From NCBI GenBank assembly GCA_965228475.1, contig OZ245817.1, positions 2,624,001 to 2,688,000 of the forward strand: a stretch of 64,000 bases of DNA. Direction: 5' to 3'. The notes below the pieces were generated by a model, which was not told where the DNA came from, ran no database searches, and saw nothing but the letters and a program-made list of their open reading frames with translations. The DNA comes from Myxococcota bacterium. Lineage in GTDB: Bacteria; Myxococcota_A; UBA9160; JAFDDA01. Positions 47,313-56,548 of the stretch are shown one piece after another. Every line of letters starts with the position of its first letter. The stretch's first letter is position 1. The translations under genes and the position numbers were made by a program.

Positions 47313-48505
47313 CCGAGCCCAGGACCGAGACCGAACGCCGCCTTCGCTTCGGCACGTTCATCGCGCCCTTCCACCCGCCCCACGAGAATCCGTACCTCGC
47401 CTACCGGCGGGATCTCGAGCTGGTCGAGCATCTCGACCGGCTGGGCTTCGAGGAGGCCTGGATCGGCGAGCATCACTCGGCGGGCTACGAGCTGATCGCC
47501 TCGCCGGAACTCTTCATCGCGGCGGCCGCCGAGCGCACGCGCGACATCCGGCTCGGCACGGGGGTCGTCTCCCTCCCCTACCACCACCCCCTGATGGTCG
47601 CGGACCGCATCAACCAGCTCGACCACATGACCCGCGGCCGGGTGATGTTCGGAGTCGGACCCGGCGCCCTGCCCTCGGACGCGTTCATGATGGGCATCGA
47701 CGTCCAGACCCAGCGCGACCGCATGGACGAGGCGATCGGCGTCCTCGTCCCGCTGCTCTCGGGCGAGACCGTGACCCACGAAGCCGACTGGTTCACCCTG
47801 CGCGACGCGCGGCTCCAGCTGCGCCCGTTCACCGAGCCGCACATCGAGATCGCCGTGGCCTCCCAGGTCTCGCCGGCGGGGGCCCGCGCGGCCGGCAAGC
47901 ACGGACTCTCGCTCCTCTCCATCGGCGCCACCACGACCGGCGGCTTCAACGCCCTGGCAACGAACTACGAGATCTACCAGGGCAAGGCCGACGAGTTCGG
48001 CAAGGCCATCGACCGGCGCAACTGGCGGCTGGTCGGGCCGATGCACATCGCGGAGACCCGCGAGCAGGCGCGCGAGGACGTGCGCTTCGGCCTGCAGGAC
48101 TGGCTCCGCTACTTCCAGGAGGTGGCCGCCCTGCCGCTCGCCCCGGCCGGCGGCGTCGACGATGCCGTCGACGCCCTGAACGAGTCGGGCTTCGCGGTGA
48201 TCGGAGATCCGGACGACGCCGCGGCGCAGCTCGAGAAGTGCTGGGAACAGAGCGGCGGCTTCGGCGCGTTCCTCTTCCTCGCGCACAACTGGGCGAACTT
48301 CGAGAAGACCCAAGCTAGCTACGAGCTGTTCGCCCGCTACGTTGCACCGCAGTTCCAGGGTCTGTGCGAGCCGCGCCGCGCGAGCATGGATTGGGCGGTG
48401 AAGAACCGGCCCGCCTTCATCGGGGCGATGACCCAGGCCATCGGCTCCGAGATGCAGAAGCACAACCAGGAACAGGCGGCCAAGAACGCCAAGAAGTCGT
48501 CCTAG
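47309..48505 (+). CDS. LLM-class flavin-dependent monooxygenase (limonene 1,2-monooxygenase LimB-like)
   Basis: LRFGTFIAPFH, WIGEHHSAGYE, LGTGVVSLPYHHP, LDHMTRGR..FGVGPGALPSDA, SYELFARYVAP. Confidence 0.88.
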   Translation: MTEPRTETERRLRFGTFIAPFHPPHENPYLAYRRDLELVEHLDRLGFEEAWIGEHHSAGYELIASPELFIAAAAERTRDIRLGTGVVSLPYHHPLMVADRINQLDHMTRGRVMFGVGPGALPSDAFMMGIDVQTQRDRMDEAIGVLVPLLSGETVTHEADWFTLRDARLQLRPFTEPHIEIAVASQVSPAGARAAGKHGLSLLSIGATTTGGFNALATNYEIYQGKADEFGKAIDRRNWRLVGPMHIAETREQAREDVRFGLQDWLRYFQEVAALPLAPAGGVDDAVDALNESGFAVIGDPDDAAAQLEKCWEQSGGFGAFLFLAHNWANFEKTQASYELFARYVAPQFQGLCEPRRASMDWAVKNRPAFIGAMTQAIGSEMQKHNQEQAAKNAKKSS

Positions 48506-48514
48506 GAGCGTCCG

Positions 48515-49999
48515 GTGAGCGAATCGAAACACGTCGTGGTGATCGGCGGCTCCGTCGCGGGGCTCGGTGCGGGCCTCGCCCTCACCGCCGACGGGCACCG
48601 CGTGACCATCCTCGAAGGGGATGCGGCGCCCATGCCGGAGAGCCACGTCGAGGCCTTCGAACAGTGGGAGCGGCGCGGCTCGCCCCAGACGCGCCATAGC
48701 CACGCCCTGCTGGCCCGCCTGCGGAACCTGATCCGGGACAACGCCCCCGACCTGCTCGAGAAGCTCCTCGCCTGCGGCGCCGACGAGCTGCGGCTCACGG
48801 ACATGATCGCGCAGCTCATGCCGGATGCCGCGCTGGAACCCGCGGACGAGGACGTCACCCTGCTCGCCTGCCGGCGCATCACCTTCGAATGGGTCCTGCG
48901 GCGCCACGTACTCGACACGGGGCGCCTCGACTTCCGCGACGGCGCGAGCGTGCTCGGCCTGACCTCCGAGCCCGGCGAACCGCCGCGCATCACGGGCGTG
49001 CGCTTCCACGACGCCGCGGGCGAGCACGAGCTCCCCGCGGACCTCGTGGTCGACGCGAGCGGGCGGCGCTCGAAGCTCCGCCGCTGGCTCGAGGCGGCCG
49101 GGACGCCGCCCGTCCGCGAAGAGTCCGAGCCCTGCGGGATCTTCTACACCTCACGCTTCTACAAGCTGCGGGACGGCGTCGAACCGCCGGTGATGGACGG
49201 CCCGATCGTCGGCGAAGACCTCGGCTACCTGAAGATCGGGCTCTTCCCCGGCGACGCGCGCATCTTCTCCGTGACCCTGGCCGCTTCGCCGGACGACGAT
49301 GCCCTGCGCGCCGTCCTGCACCGGCCGGCCTTCGAGGCCGCCGCCGCGAGCCTGCCGCGCGTGGCCGACTGGGTCTCGCCGGAGATCTCGGAGCCGATCT
49401 CCGACGTCCACGCCATGGCGAACCTCAACAACACGCGGCGCTTCCTCGTCGAGGACGGCAAGCCACTCTGCCATGGACTCGTCGCGATCGGGGATGCCCT
49501 CATCCACACGAACCCGATCACGGGACGGGGCTGCAGCCTGGCCTGGGTGGGCGCCTTCGAGCTCGCGGCAGCGCTGCGTGCCCACGGCGACGACCCGGAA
49601 GCCCTCGTCCTGGCCCAGGACGAAGCCATCGAGCGTGAAGTCGTGCCCTGGTACCGGATGCAGGTGCAGCAGGATCGCGATGCCGTCGAGGTCAACCAGG
49701 CCCAGCGGCGCGGCGAGAACCCCTTCGAGATGGTCCGTCCCGACGGCACGAACAACCCGCGCGCCTTCATGCGGTCCGTTCTGCGGGACGGCCTGCTCCC
49801 TGCCATCCGCACCGACGTCCACGTCCTGCGCCGCTTCATGCGCATCATGAACCTGCTCGATGCACCGGAAGACCTGATGAAGGACCCGATGTTCTTCGGC
49901 CGCGTGGTCGCCTGCTACAACGCGCGCGACGAGCGGGAACCGATGGACCTCGGACCCGGGCGCCAGGAGATGGTCGAGCGCCTCGTGCGCGCCGCCTAG
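48515..49999 (+). CDS. FAD-dependent oxidoreductase
   Basis: VIGGSVAG, PQTRHSH, DLVVDASGRRS, GDALIHTNPITGRG. Confidence 0.85.
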   Translation: MSESKHVVVIGGSVAGLGAGLALTADGHRVTILEGDAAPMPESHVEAFEQWERRGSPQTRHSHALLARLRNLIRDNAPDLLEKLLACGADELRLTDMIAQLMPDAALEPADEDVTLLACRRITFEWVLRRHVLDTGRLDFRDGASVLGLTSEPGEPPRITGVRFHDAAGEHELPADLVVDASGRRSKLRRWLEAAGTPPVREESEPCGIFYTSRFYKLRDGVEPPVMDGPIVGEDLGYLKIGLFPGDARIFSVTLAASPDDDALRAVLHRPAFEAAAASLPRVADWVSPEISEPISDVHAMANLNNTRRFLVEDGKPLCHGLVAIGDALIHTNPITGRGCSLAWVGAFELAAALRAHGDDPEALVLAQDEAIEREVVPWYRMQVQQDRDAVEVNQAQRRGENPFEMVRPDGTNNPRAFMRSVLRDGLLPAIRTDVHVLRRFMRIMNLLDAPEDLMKDPMFFGRVVACYNARDEREPMDLGPGRQEMVERLVRAA

Positions 50000-51813
50000 G
50001 CCCGAGCGCCCGGCGCTTCGGCCGGATCCTTCGGTTCGGGAGGTGCGCCGGGCCCGCCGCGGCCGGCGATGACCGCGCGGTCGCGGCCCTGGTCCTTCGC
50101 CTCGTAGAGCGCGCGGTCCGAGATCTTGAGGAGCTCGTCCCCGCTGATCCCGTGCTCGGGGCGGGCGGCGATCCCGATCGAGACGGTGAACTCCGGCCCG
50201 CTCTGCTCGCACGCCAGCGCCAGCGACTCCCGGATGCGCCCGGCGAGGATCGCCGCGCCGTCGGCGTCGACCCCCGTGGCGATCACCAGGAACTCCTCGC
50301 CGCCCGGCCGGCAGGGAAGATCCGTGTCCCGGCACTGGCCCCGAAGGACGTTGGCGAAGGTCACGAGGCAGCGGTCCCCGGTCTCGTGGCCGTGGACGTC
50401 GTTCAGGCGCTTGAACTTGTCGAGGTCGCAGGCCAGGACGGCGTAGGGCGTGGCCGTCCGGTCGAGCTCCTCGAGCCGCTGCCCCATGGCCCGCCGGTTG
50501 GCGAGGTTCGTGAGCGGGTCCGTGGCCGCCTCCTGCTCGCGCTCGACCAGCGTCCGGACGACGCCGAGCCGGGTGCCGAGCGTCCCGACGAGGGTGGTCA
50601 GATCCGTCTCGAGGATCTCGGTGTCGTCCTTTTCGCTCAGCGAGAGCTGGGCGGCGGCGAACGCCTTCCCGGCCGCGGCCACGGGCGCGCACATGACCCG
50701 GCTGTCTTCGTCCTTCAGGAACGGGCACCGCGCGAGGCCCGCGCTGTCGGTGAAGGAGATGACGCGGCCCTTGCGGATCGCCGGGCAACGGCGCGGCAAC
50801 GGGGCGTCGCAGAGTGCCGGCCCCTCGGCCACGCGTTCTTCGAGGGACGAGCCCGAGTCGTCGGAAACGAGGAGCCGGAAGCTCGAACCCGGAAGGCGCA
50901 GCTTCGCCGCTCGGGCGACGGTCTCGTAGACGTGCTCGGGCGTGTCGTCGAGCTCGAGGGCTTCGATCAGCTCCTGGGCGAAGCGCGCGTGGCGGCGCTC
51001 CTCGGCGCTCGCCTCGATCAGTCCATGGTGCGTCTCGCGCAGCGTCTCGAGCGCCCGGACGACGCGATCCCCGAGCACGGGATCGATCGCGACCGAGGCA
51101 TCGTCCTCGCGCGCGGCATCGAGCGCCACGGCCAGGCCTTCGCGGGCGTTCCGCCAGGTCTCGAGGTGGCGCCGTTCGCGCCGCAGGGCCGTCAGCCCGA
51201 CGATCACGTGCACGAGCGCGAGCCCGGCGAGCACCATGTAGCAGCGCTCCGCGAGCTCCCGCATGCCCTCACGCGACTCCTGGGTGAGCGCCATGTCGAG
51301 CTGTCCGAGCTGTCCATCGAGACCGGCGAGGATCTTCTCGAAGGAGACGAGCTTCGAGCCCCGGGCGTCGGAGGAACTCCACAGCGCCTCGCCCGCCTGG
51401 GCCACGGCGCGCGTATGCTCTTCGGTCCGGGCGATGCTCTCGGACTGCTCGGGCCAGAGCGTCTCGAGGGTCGAGAGCCGGGCCCCAAGGTCCGCGATCG
51501 CGGCGATCGCCTGGTCCCGCGCGCGCCCGGAACCCGAGTGGGCGAAATCCCGGACCGCCAGGGAAAGCTCGGTGGTGTCGATGTGGGCCGCCTGGAGCTG
51601 TTCCTTCCGCGCCGACTCCTTGTGCGCGTGGTCGCGTACGCTCGCGCCGAGGAACGACGCAGCACCCGCGGCCATCAACACCACGATGCCGAGTTCGAGC
51701 ACGGCGCCGCCGCGGAAGGAGCTGGAGGAAGACGCTTCGGTGACTCGCGCCGCGCCCTCCGCATCCACGCTCTCGGCGTCCACGGGTTCGGCGACTTCGG
51801 GGTTCTCATCCAT
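49996..51813 (-). CDS. Membrane-anchored diguanylate cyclase (sensor-GAF-like-GGDEF)
   Basis: Two TM around a helical sensor; DPLTNLANRR, DLDKFKRLNDVHGHETGD, RPGGEEF, SDRALYEAK. Confidence 0.9.
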   Translation of the reverse strand: MDENPEVAEPVDAESVDAEGAARVTEASSSSSFRGGAVLELGIVVLMAAGAASFLGASVRDHAHKESARKEQLQAAHIDTTELSLAVRDFAHSGSGRARDQAIAAIADLGARLSTLETLWPEQSESIARTEEHTRAVAQAGEALWSSSDARGSKLVSFEKILAGLDGQLGQLDMALTQESREGMRELAERCYMVLAGLALVHVIVGLTALRRERRHLETWRNAREGLAVALDAAREDDASVAIDPVLGDRVVRALETLRETHHGLIEASAEERRHARFAQELIEALELDDTPEHVYETVARAAKLRLPGSSFRLLVSDDSGSSLEERVAEGPALCDAPLPRRCPAIRKGRVISFTDSAGLARCPFLKDEDSRVMCAPVAAAGKAFAAAQLSLSEKDDTEILETDLTTLVGTLGTRLGVVRTLVEREQEAATDPLTNLANRRAMGQRLEELDRTATPYAVLACDLDKFKRLNDVHGHETGDRCLVTFANVLRGQCRDTDLPCRPGGEEFLVIATGVDADGAAILAGRIRESLALACEQSGPEFTVSIGIAARPEHGISGDELLKISDRALYEAKDQGRDRAVIAGRGGPGAPPEPKDPAEAPGARA

Positions 51814-52011
51814 GAGAGGGAATTTCTCCAGGCGGTGCTTTCACTGGATCGGCTCGACTGCGCCTCCACTCGATCGGGTCGGGCCCCGAGTCCGCACCGT
51901 GAACGTCGGATTCGGCCGTACGGACAACCCCGGAGGCCGGCTCCGGCGTTCGCCGCCATGGGACCGTGCCGGAGCCGCGCGTGATAGCCTGCCGCCGCCG
52001 ATGGAGGACCG

Positions 52012-52479
52012 ATGCCCCGCTTTTCCCGCGCCGAACTCGAAGAAGCCTTTGCCCACTACGTCGCCGTCAACGACGACGCCTCGCGCCGAAAGGACTGGCA
52101 GGCCTGGGCGGACAAGTTCACCGAGGACGTCCACTACGTGGAGCACGCCTTCGGCGAGTTCCACGGGCGCGATGCCGTGCGCGAGTGGATCACGGGAGTG
52201 ATGGCTCCCTACCCGCAGATGGATTTCCCGATGGACTGGCACGTCGTCGACGAGGAGCGCGGCTGGGTCGTCTTCCAGTGCCAGAACCGGCTCGCCCACC
52301 CGACGGACCCGGACGGGCCGCCCTTCCAGTTCCCGACCTGGTCGAAGATCCACTACGCCGGGGACCATCTGTGGAGCTACGAGGAAGACACCTACAACCC
52401 CGCGCTCGCCGGTAGCGCGATCCAGGCCTGGCGGGAAGCCGGCGGAAGACTGCTCGAACGACAGATGAAGATGAAGTAG
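52012..52479 (+). CDS. SnoaL-like / NTF2 family protein
   Basis: GGAGG RBS; WADKFTEDVHYVEHAFG..HGRDAVREW, WSYEEDTYNP. Confidence 0.82.
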   Translation: MPRFSRAELEEAFAHYVAVNDDASRRKDWQAWADKFTEDVHYVEHAFGEFHGRDAVREWITGVMAPYPQMDFPMDWHVVDEERGWVVFQCQNRLAHPTDPDGPPFQFPTWSKIHYAGDHLWSYEEDTYNPALAGSAIQAWREAGGRLLERQMKMK

Positions 52480-52508
52480 CCCGCCCGTCCGAGCCGACGG
52501 AGCCCGGC

Positions 52509-52985
52509 CTACTCGCGCCGCCGCGGGCGGCCGCGCATGCCGAGCCCGATCCCGACGCCGAAGGCCGCGACGAGCAGGGACATGCGCTTCTCCGAGGTCC
52601 ACTCGGAGGCGTCTCCGGACAGCAGCCGAAGAATCGAGCCCAGGGCCTCGGCGTCGCTCGCGAGGTCCGCCCGGGCCCGGCGCGCCGCCTGCTCCGCTGC
52701 CTCGAGGTCCGAAGAACGCGAAAGCGGCCGCGCGAGAAGCACCAGCACGAGCGCCAGGAAGAACTGCGCGCCCCCGATCATCAAGGCCGCGTTCAGCGAG
52801 CCGTAGGCCTCGGAGAGTGCGAGGAAGCCCGCGACGAGGAGCATGAGCAGGCCGCCGACCGCGAGCAGCACGGCCACGACCTGGAAGAGGCTCTGCTTCA
52901 CCACGGAACGCGCCGAAGCGCGCACCCGGAGGAGCTCTGCCTCGGCGAGGTTCCGCGCGTCGTTGATCGGATCGATGCTGGCCAT
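52509..52985 (-). CDS. Phage-holin-like (YqjE-type) membrane protein
   Basis: AEAELLR..., two TM helices, next to a DUF883-like gene as in yqjDE-type loci. Confidence 0.6.
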   Translation of the reverse strand: MASIDPINDARNLAEAELLRVRASARSVVKQSLFQVVAVLLAVGGLLMLLVAGFLALSEAYGSLNAALMIGGAQFFLALVLVLLARPLSRSSDLEAAEQAARRARADLASDAEALGSILRLLSGDASEWTSEKRMSLLVAAFGVGIGLGMRGRPRRRE

Positions 52986-52993
52986 GGGCCGTG

Positions 52994-53314
52994 CTAGCGC
53001 CCGAGGATCCGGGCGAGGATGAACCCGACGATGAGCGCGATCAGCACGCTCTGCACGGGCTTCTCCTCGATCTGCTGCTCGATCTGATCGAGGCCCGCCT
53101 TGGCCTGATCGATCCCGGCCTTGGCCTGCTCGGTGGCGTCCGCCGCGGCGGTGCGCAGGCGCTCGACCTTTTCGGAACCACTAGAAGCGCCCGAGCCACC
53201 GGAACCCGCGCTCTTGCGGCGCGCGGTCTCCTCGCGGAGCGCCTTGCGAAGGGCCGCTACGTCCTGACGCAGGTCCTTGACTTCCTGCTCCAAGGCATCG
53301 CCACTGGCGCTCAT
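52994..53314 (-). CDS. DUF883/ElaB/YqjD-like membrane-anchored protein
   Basis: LEQEVKDLRQDV..., C-terminal IEEKPVQSVLIALIVGFILARIL; GGAGG RBS. Confidence 0.75.
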   Translation of the reverse strand: MSASGDALEQEVKDLRQDVAALRKALREETARRKSAGSGGSGASSGSEKVERLRTAAADATEQAKAGIDQAKAGLDQIEQQIEEKPVQSVLIALIVGFILARILGR

Positions 53315-53424
53315 CGCTCGTCCTCCGGGCGGCGGCCGAAACGGGCCGGCCGATGACGCATGGTGCATGGATCCCCGGCCCATTTCAATACGGCCCGGGC
53401 ACCGGCCCCGGTATGATGCGCGCC

Positions 53425-54252
53425 ATGACGAGAGCGGAAGGTCCTGCGAACGCCGCCGGCATCGACGCCGGGGCGACCCTCACCAAGCTCGCGCTCCCTT
53501 CCGAGGACGGCTCGGCCCGGCTCGAGGCCCTTCCGAGCGAGCAGACCGAGGCGATCCTCGCGAAGGTCGAGGCGGCCGCCCCGGCCCACGTGGGACTGAC
53601 CGGCGGCGGCGCCAAGCGGCTCCTCGCGCGGATCCCGGCCGGACGGACCGTGGACGAGTTCGATGCCTGGCATGCCGGCGTCCAGGACATCGCCCTCGAG
53701 GTCGGTGAACGGTTCCTGCTCGTCTCGATCGGGACGGGAACTTCCGTCCTGCTCGTCGACGGCCCCAAGGTGCAGCGCCTCGGCGGCACCCCGCTCGGCG
53801 GCGGCACGGTCCTCGGCCTGGGCAAGGTCCTCGCCGGGACGTCGGACTTCGAGGCGCTCTGCGCCATGGCCGAGCGCGGCGACCGGGCGCGCGTCGACCT
53901 CTCCGTCGCCGACGTCTACGCCGGCGGCGACGCTCCCCTCACGACCGACGTCATGGCCTCCTCCTTCGCCCGGCTCGCCGACGGCGCCCACCACGCGAAC
54001 GCCTCGCCCGAAGACTGCGCCCGCTCCCTCATGGCCATGGTCGGCGAGAACGTCGCCCTGCTCGCAGGGAGCCTTTCGCTCGTGGTCGACGCCCCCGCCA
54101 TCGCCTTCGGCGGGTCCACCGTGACCGGCAACCCGGCCCTGGCCGAGGCCCTCCGCGACTACGTCGGCCGCTTCGGCCGCAAGACCCACCTGCTCGATCA
54201 CGGGGGCTTCATCGGCGCCCTCGGCGCGCGGCGCCTCGCGGTAGAGCCCTAG
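53425..54252 (+). CDS. Type II pantothenate kinase (Fumble/CoaW-like)
   Basis: GIDAGATLTKL, LTGGGA, EFDAW..G, SIGTGTS, GGTPLGGGT, GDRARVDLSVADVY, ASSF. Confidence 0.85.
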   Translation: MTRAEGPANAAGIDAGATLTKLALPSEDGSARLEALPSEQTEAILAKVEAAAPAHVGLTGGGAKRLLARIPAGRTVDEFDAWHAGVQDIALEVGERFLLVSIGTGTSVLLVDGPKVQRLGGTPLGGGTVLGLGKVLAGTSDFEALCAMAERGDRARVDLSVADVYAGGDAPLTTDVMASSFARLADGAHHANASPEDCARSLMAMVGENVALLAGSLSLVVDAPAIAFGGSTVTGNPALAEALRDYVGRFGRKTHLLDHGGFIGALGARRLAVEP

Positions 54253-54323
54253 CCACCCGCGCTCGACGCGCACGCCACCTTGGTTCAAACTGCGTCCGTT
54301 CGAAACGCACCGGAGGAACCGTC

Positions 54324-55955
54324 TTGGAGTTCAATTTCGCCGACGTCAACGAGGCCGTGGCCGCCGCCGCTCCCGAGCGCGAGGCCCTCGTCTTCCGCGA
54401 CCGCCGCCTCACCCACGCGGAGCTCGCCGAACGCAGCCGGCGCCTGGCGAACTTCCTTCTCTCGCGAGGCGTGAAGGTCCGGAAGGAGCGCTCCGAGCTC
54501 GAGGGTCACGAATCCGGCCAGGACCACATGGCGATCTACCTCTACAACGGCAACGAGTATCTCGAGGGGATGCTCGGCGCCTGGAAGGCCCGCGTCGCGC
54601 CGCTGAACGTGAACTACCGCTACGTCGAGGAAGAGCTCGTCTACCTCTTCCGGAACTCGCGCTCGCGCGCCGTCCTCTACCACGCCGAGTTCGCCCCGCG
54701 CCTCGCGGCGATCCGCGACCAGGTCCCCGATCTCGAGCTCCTGATCCAGGTCGCCGACGGCTCGGGCAACGCGCTCCTGCCCGGGGCCGTGGACTACGAA
54801 GAGGCGCTGGCGAGCGCCTCGGCGGGCACGCCGGACGTCACGCCTTCCGGCGACGACCTCTACATCCTCTACACCGGCGGCACGACGGGCATGCCGAAGG
54901 GCGTGCTCTGGCGCTCGGGCGACATCTTCATCGCGGCCATGGGCGGCCGCCGCGCCGACCGCACCGAGCACGACTCCGTCGAAGCCATCGCCGAGCAGGT
55001 GAAGAACGCGCCGCCCATGCGCACGGTGATCGGGCCGCCCTTCATGCACGGCGCCGCCCAGTGGACGGGCTTCATCATGATGCACGCGGGCATGACCCTC
55101 TGCGTGCCCTCGGTGCCGGAGAAGCTCGACGCCCACGACTTCCTCTCGACCATCGAGCGGGAGAAGGCCTTCTCGTGCAGCATCGTCGGCGACGCCTTCG
55201 CGCGGCCGATCATCGATGCGATCCGCAAGGGCAGCTACGACCTCTCGAGCCTGAAGATGATCGGCTCCGGGGGCGCGCCGCTCTCGACGAACAACAAGCA
55301 GGCGATCCTCGACGCCGTCCCCGGCGTGACGATCCTCGACGCCATCGGTTCGAGTGAGACCGGCGTCCAGGCGAGCAACCCGAGCAACAAGGACACGGGT
55401 GTCAGCACGGGCGACTTCCAGCCGGGCCCGGGCGCCTGCGTCGTGAGCGCCGAGCTCGACCGCAGGCTCGAGCCCGGCGACGACGAGATGGGCTGGTTCG
55501 CCCAGGAGGGCCGCGTCCCGCTCGGCTATCTCGACGACGCGGAGAAGACGGCCCGCACCTTCCCGGTGATCGGCGGCGTGCGCTACTCGGTGCCCGGCGA
55601 CCGCGCGCGCTACCGCGCCGACGGCGGCATCGACGTGCTCGGCCGGGATTCGGTCACGATCAACTCGGGCGGCGAGAAGATCTTCGCCGAGGAGGTCGAG
55701 GGCGCGCTGAAGCAGCACCCCGCGGTCTACGACACCGTGGTCGCCGGACGGGAGAGCGAGCGCTGGGGGCAGGAGGTCGTCGCCGTGGTCCAGCTGCGGG
55801 AAGGCGAGAGCGCGACGCCCGAAGAGCTCGTGGCCGAAGCCGGCAAGCACATCGCCCGCTACAAGCTCCCGAAGGCCTTCGTGTTCCGCGACCACATCGA
55901 GCGCAGCCCGAGCGGCAAGCCCGACTACCGGTGGGCCAAGGCCCAGGTCGGCTGA
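54324..55955 (+). CDS. Acyl-CoA synthetase (FadD19-like)
   Basis: GGAGG RBS and TTG start; LNVNYRY, YTGGTTGMPKGVLWR, GSSETG, INSGGEKIFAEEVE, RSPSGKPDY. Confidence 0.93.
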   Translation: MEFNFADVNEAVAAAAPEREALVFRDRRLTHAELAERSRRLANFLLSRGVKVRKERSELEGHESGQDHMAIYLYNGNEYLEGMLGAWKARVAPLNVNYRYVEEELVYLFRNSRSRAVLYHAEFAPRLAAIRDQVPDLELLIQVADGSGNALLPGAVDYEEALASASAGTPDVTPSGDDLYILYTGGTTGMPKGVLWRSGDIFIAAMGGRRADRTEHDSVEAIAEQVKNAPPMRTVIGPPFMHGAAQWTGFIMMHAGMTLCVPSVPEKLDAHDFLSTIEREKAFSCSIVGDAFARPIIDAIRKGSYDLSSLKMIGSGGAPLSTNNKQAILDAVPGVTILDAIGSSETGVQASNPSNKDTGVSTGDFQPGPGACVVSAELDRRLEPGDDEMGWFAQEGRVPLGYLDDAEKTARTFPVIGGVRYSVPGDRARYRADGGIDVLGRDSVTINSGGEKIFAEEVEGALKQHPAVYDTVVAGRESERWGQEVVAVVQLREGESATPEELVAEAGKHIARYKLPKAFVFRDHIERSPSGKPDYRWAKAQVG

Positions 55956-55994
55956 CCACCGAGGTCGGCTGACCCCCGAGCTCGGCTGACCACG
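55944..55994. repeat. Three imperfect 17-bp tandem repeats spanning the acyl-CoA synthetase stop
   Basis: CAGGTCGGCTGACCACC / GAGGTCGGCTGACCCCC / GAGCTCGGCTGACCACG. Confidence 0.85.
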
Positions 55995-56031
55995 AAAAAC
56001 GGGGGCGGCCCATCCGGACCGCCCCCGTCTT
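55995..56031. terminator. Rho-independent terminator hairpin between convergent genes
   Basis: ACGGGGGCGG...CCGCCCCCGT stem with an A-run on the left (U-tract for the minus-strand gene). Confidence 0.75.
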
Positions 56032-56069
56032 CGATTCGATTCCCGGGCGCTGGCCCGGGCTACCGGCCC

Positions 56070-56495
56070 CTACTCGGAACCGAAGCGCGCCTCGAGTTCC
56101 TCTTCCGAGAAGACCACGTCGATCTTGCGCGCGAAGAACTCGCCCTTCTTCTTGTCGTCGGGCACCCAGTACACGTTCACCCGCTTGCCGGCGGGGATGT
56201 CCTTGATGTCGCCCTTCACGCCGTTCACCGCGACGCTCGTTCGCGTGAGCACGCTGCCCTCGGGCTTCACGTTGAAGGTCGCTTCCTTGCCCTTCTTCAG
56301 CGACTTCTTGTTCGGGCCCTTGCTCTTGCGGACCTTCACCACGGCGGTCTTGGAGGCGGCGTCGTACTTGACCCAGTCGGCTTCCGTCTGGGTGCTCTTC
56401 GACTTGGCCTGGGCTTCGGGCGCGACGGCGGCGGCAAGGAACAAAGCGGCGACCACGGCGGCCCCCCGCACGAAGAGAGTCTTGGTTCGGTTCAC
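56070..56495 (-). CDS. Secreted, lysine-rich hypothetical protein (OB-fold-like)
   Basis: GGAGG RBS, GTG start, signal peptide ending AQA, beta-rich mature part. Confidence 0.7.
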   Translation of the reverse strand: MNRTKTLFVRGAAVVAALFLAAAVAPEAQAKSKSTQTEADWVKYDAASKTAVVKVRKSKGPNKKSLKKGKEATFNVKPEGSVLTRTSVAVNGVKGDIKDIPAGKRVNVYWVPDDKKKGEFFARKIDVVFSEEELEARFGSE

Positions 56496-56516
56496 GGCAA
56501 ATCCTCCAGTCCAGAA

Positions 56517-56548
56517 AAAGGCGTCATCGCTCAAAGGCGTCATCGCTC
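56517..56548. repeat. Perfect 16-bp tandem repeat upstream of the secreted protein gene
   Basis: AAAGGCGTCATCGCTC x2. Confidence 0.85.

Noticed and set aside
52509..52985. Holin-like gene as evidence of a prophage
   Set aside because: It is paired with a DUF883-like gene as in ordinary chromosomal loci, with no phage, integrase or lysis genes nearby.
55944..55994. Short repeats as a possible CRISPR array
   Set aside because: The units are 17 bp, directly adjacent with no spacers, and no cas genes are present.
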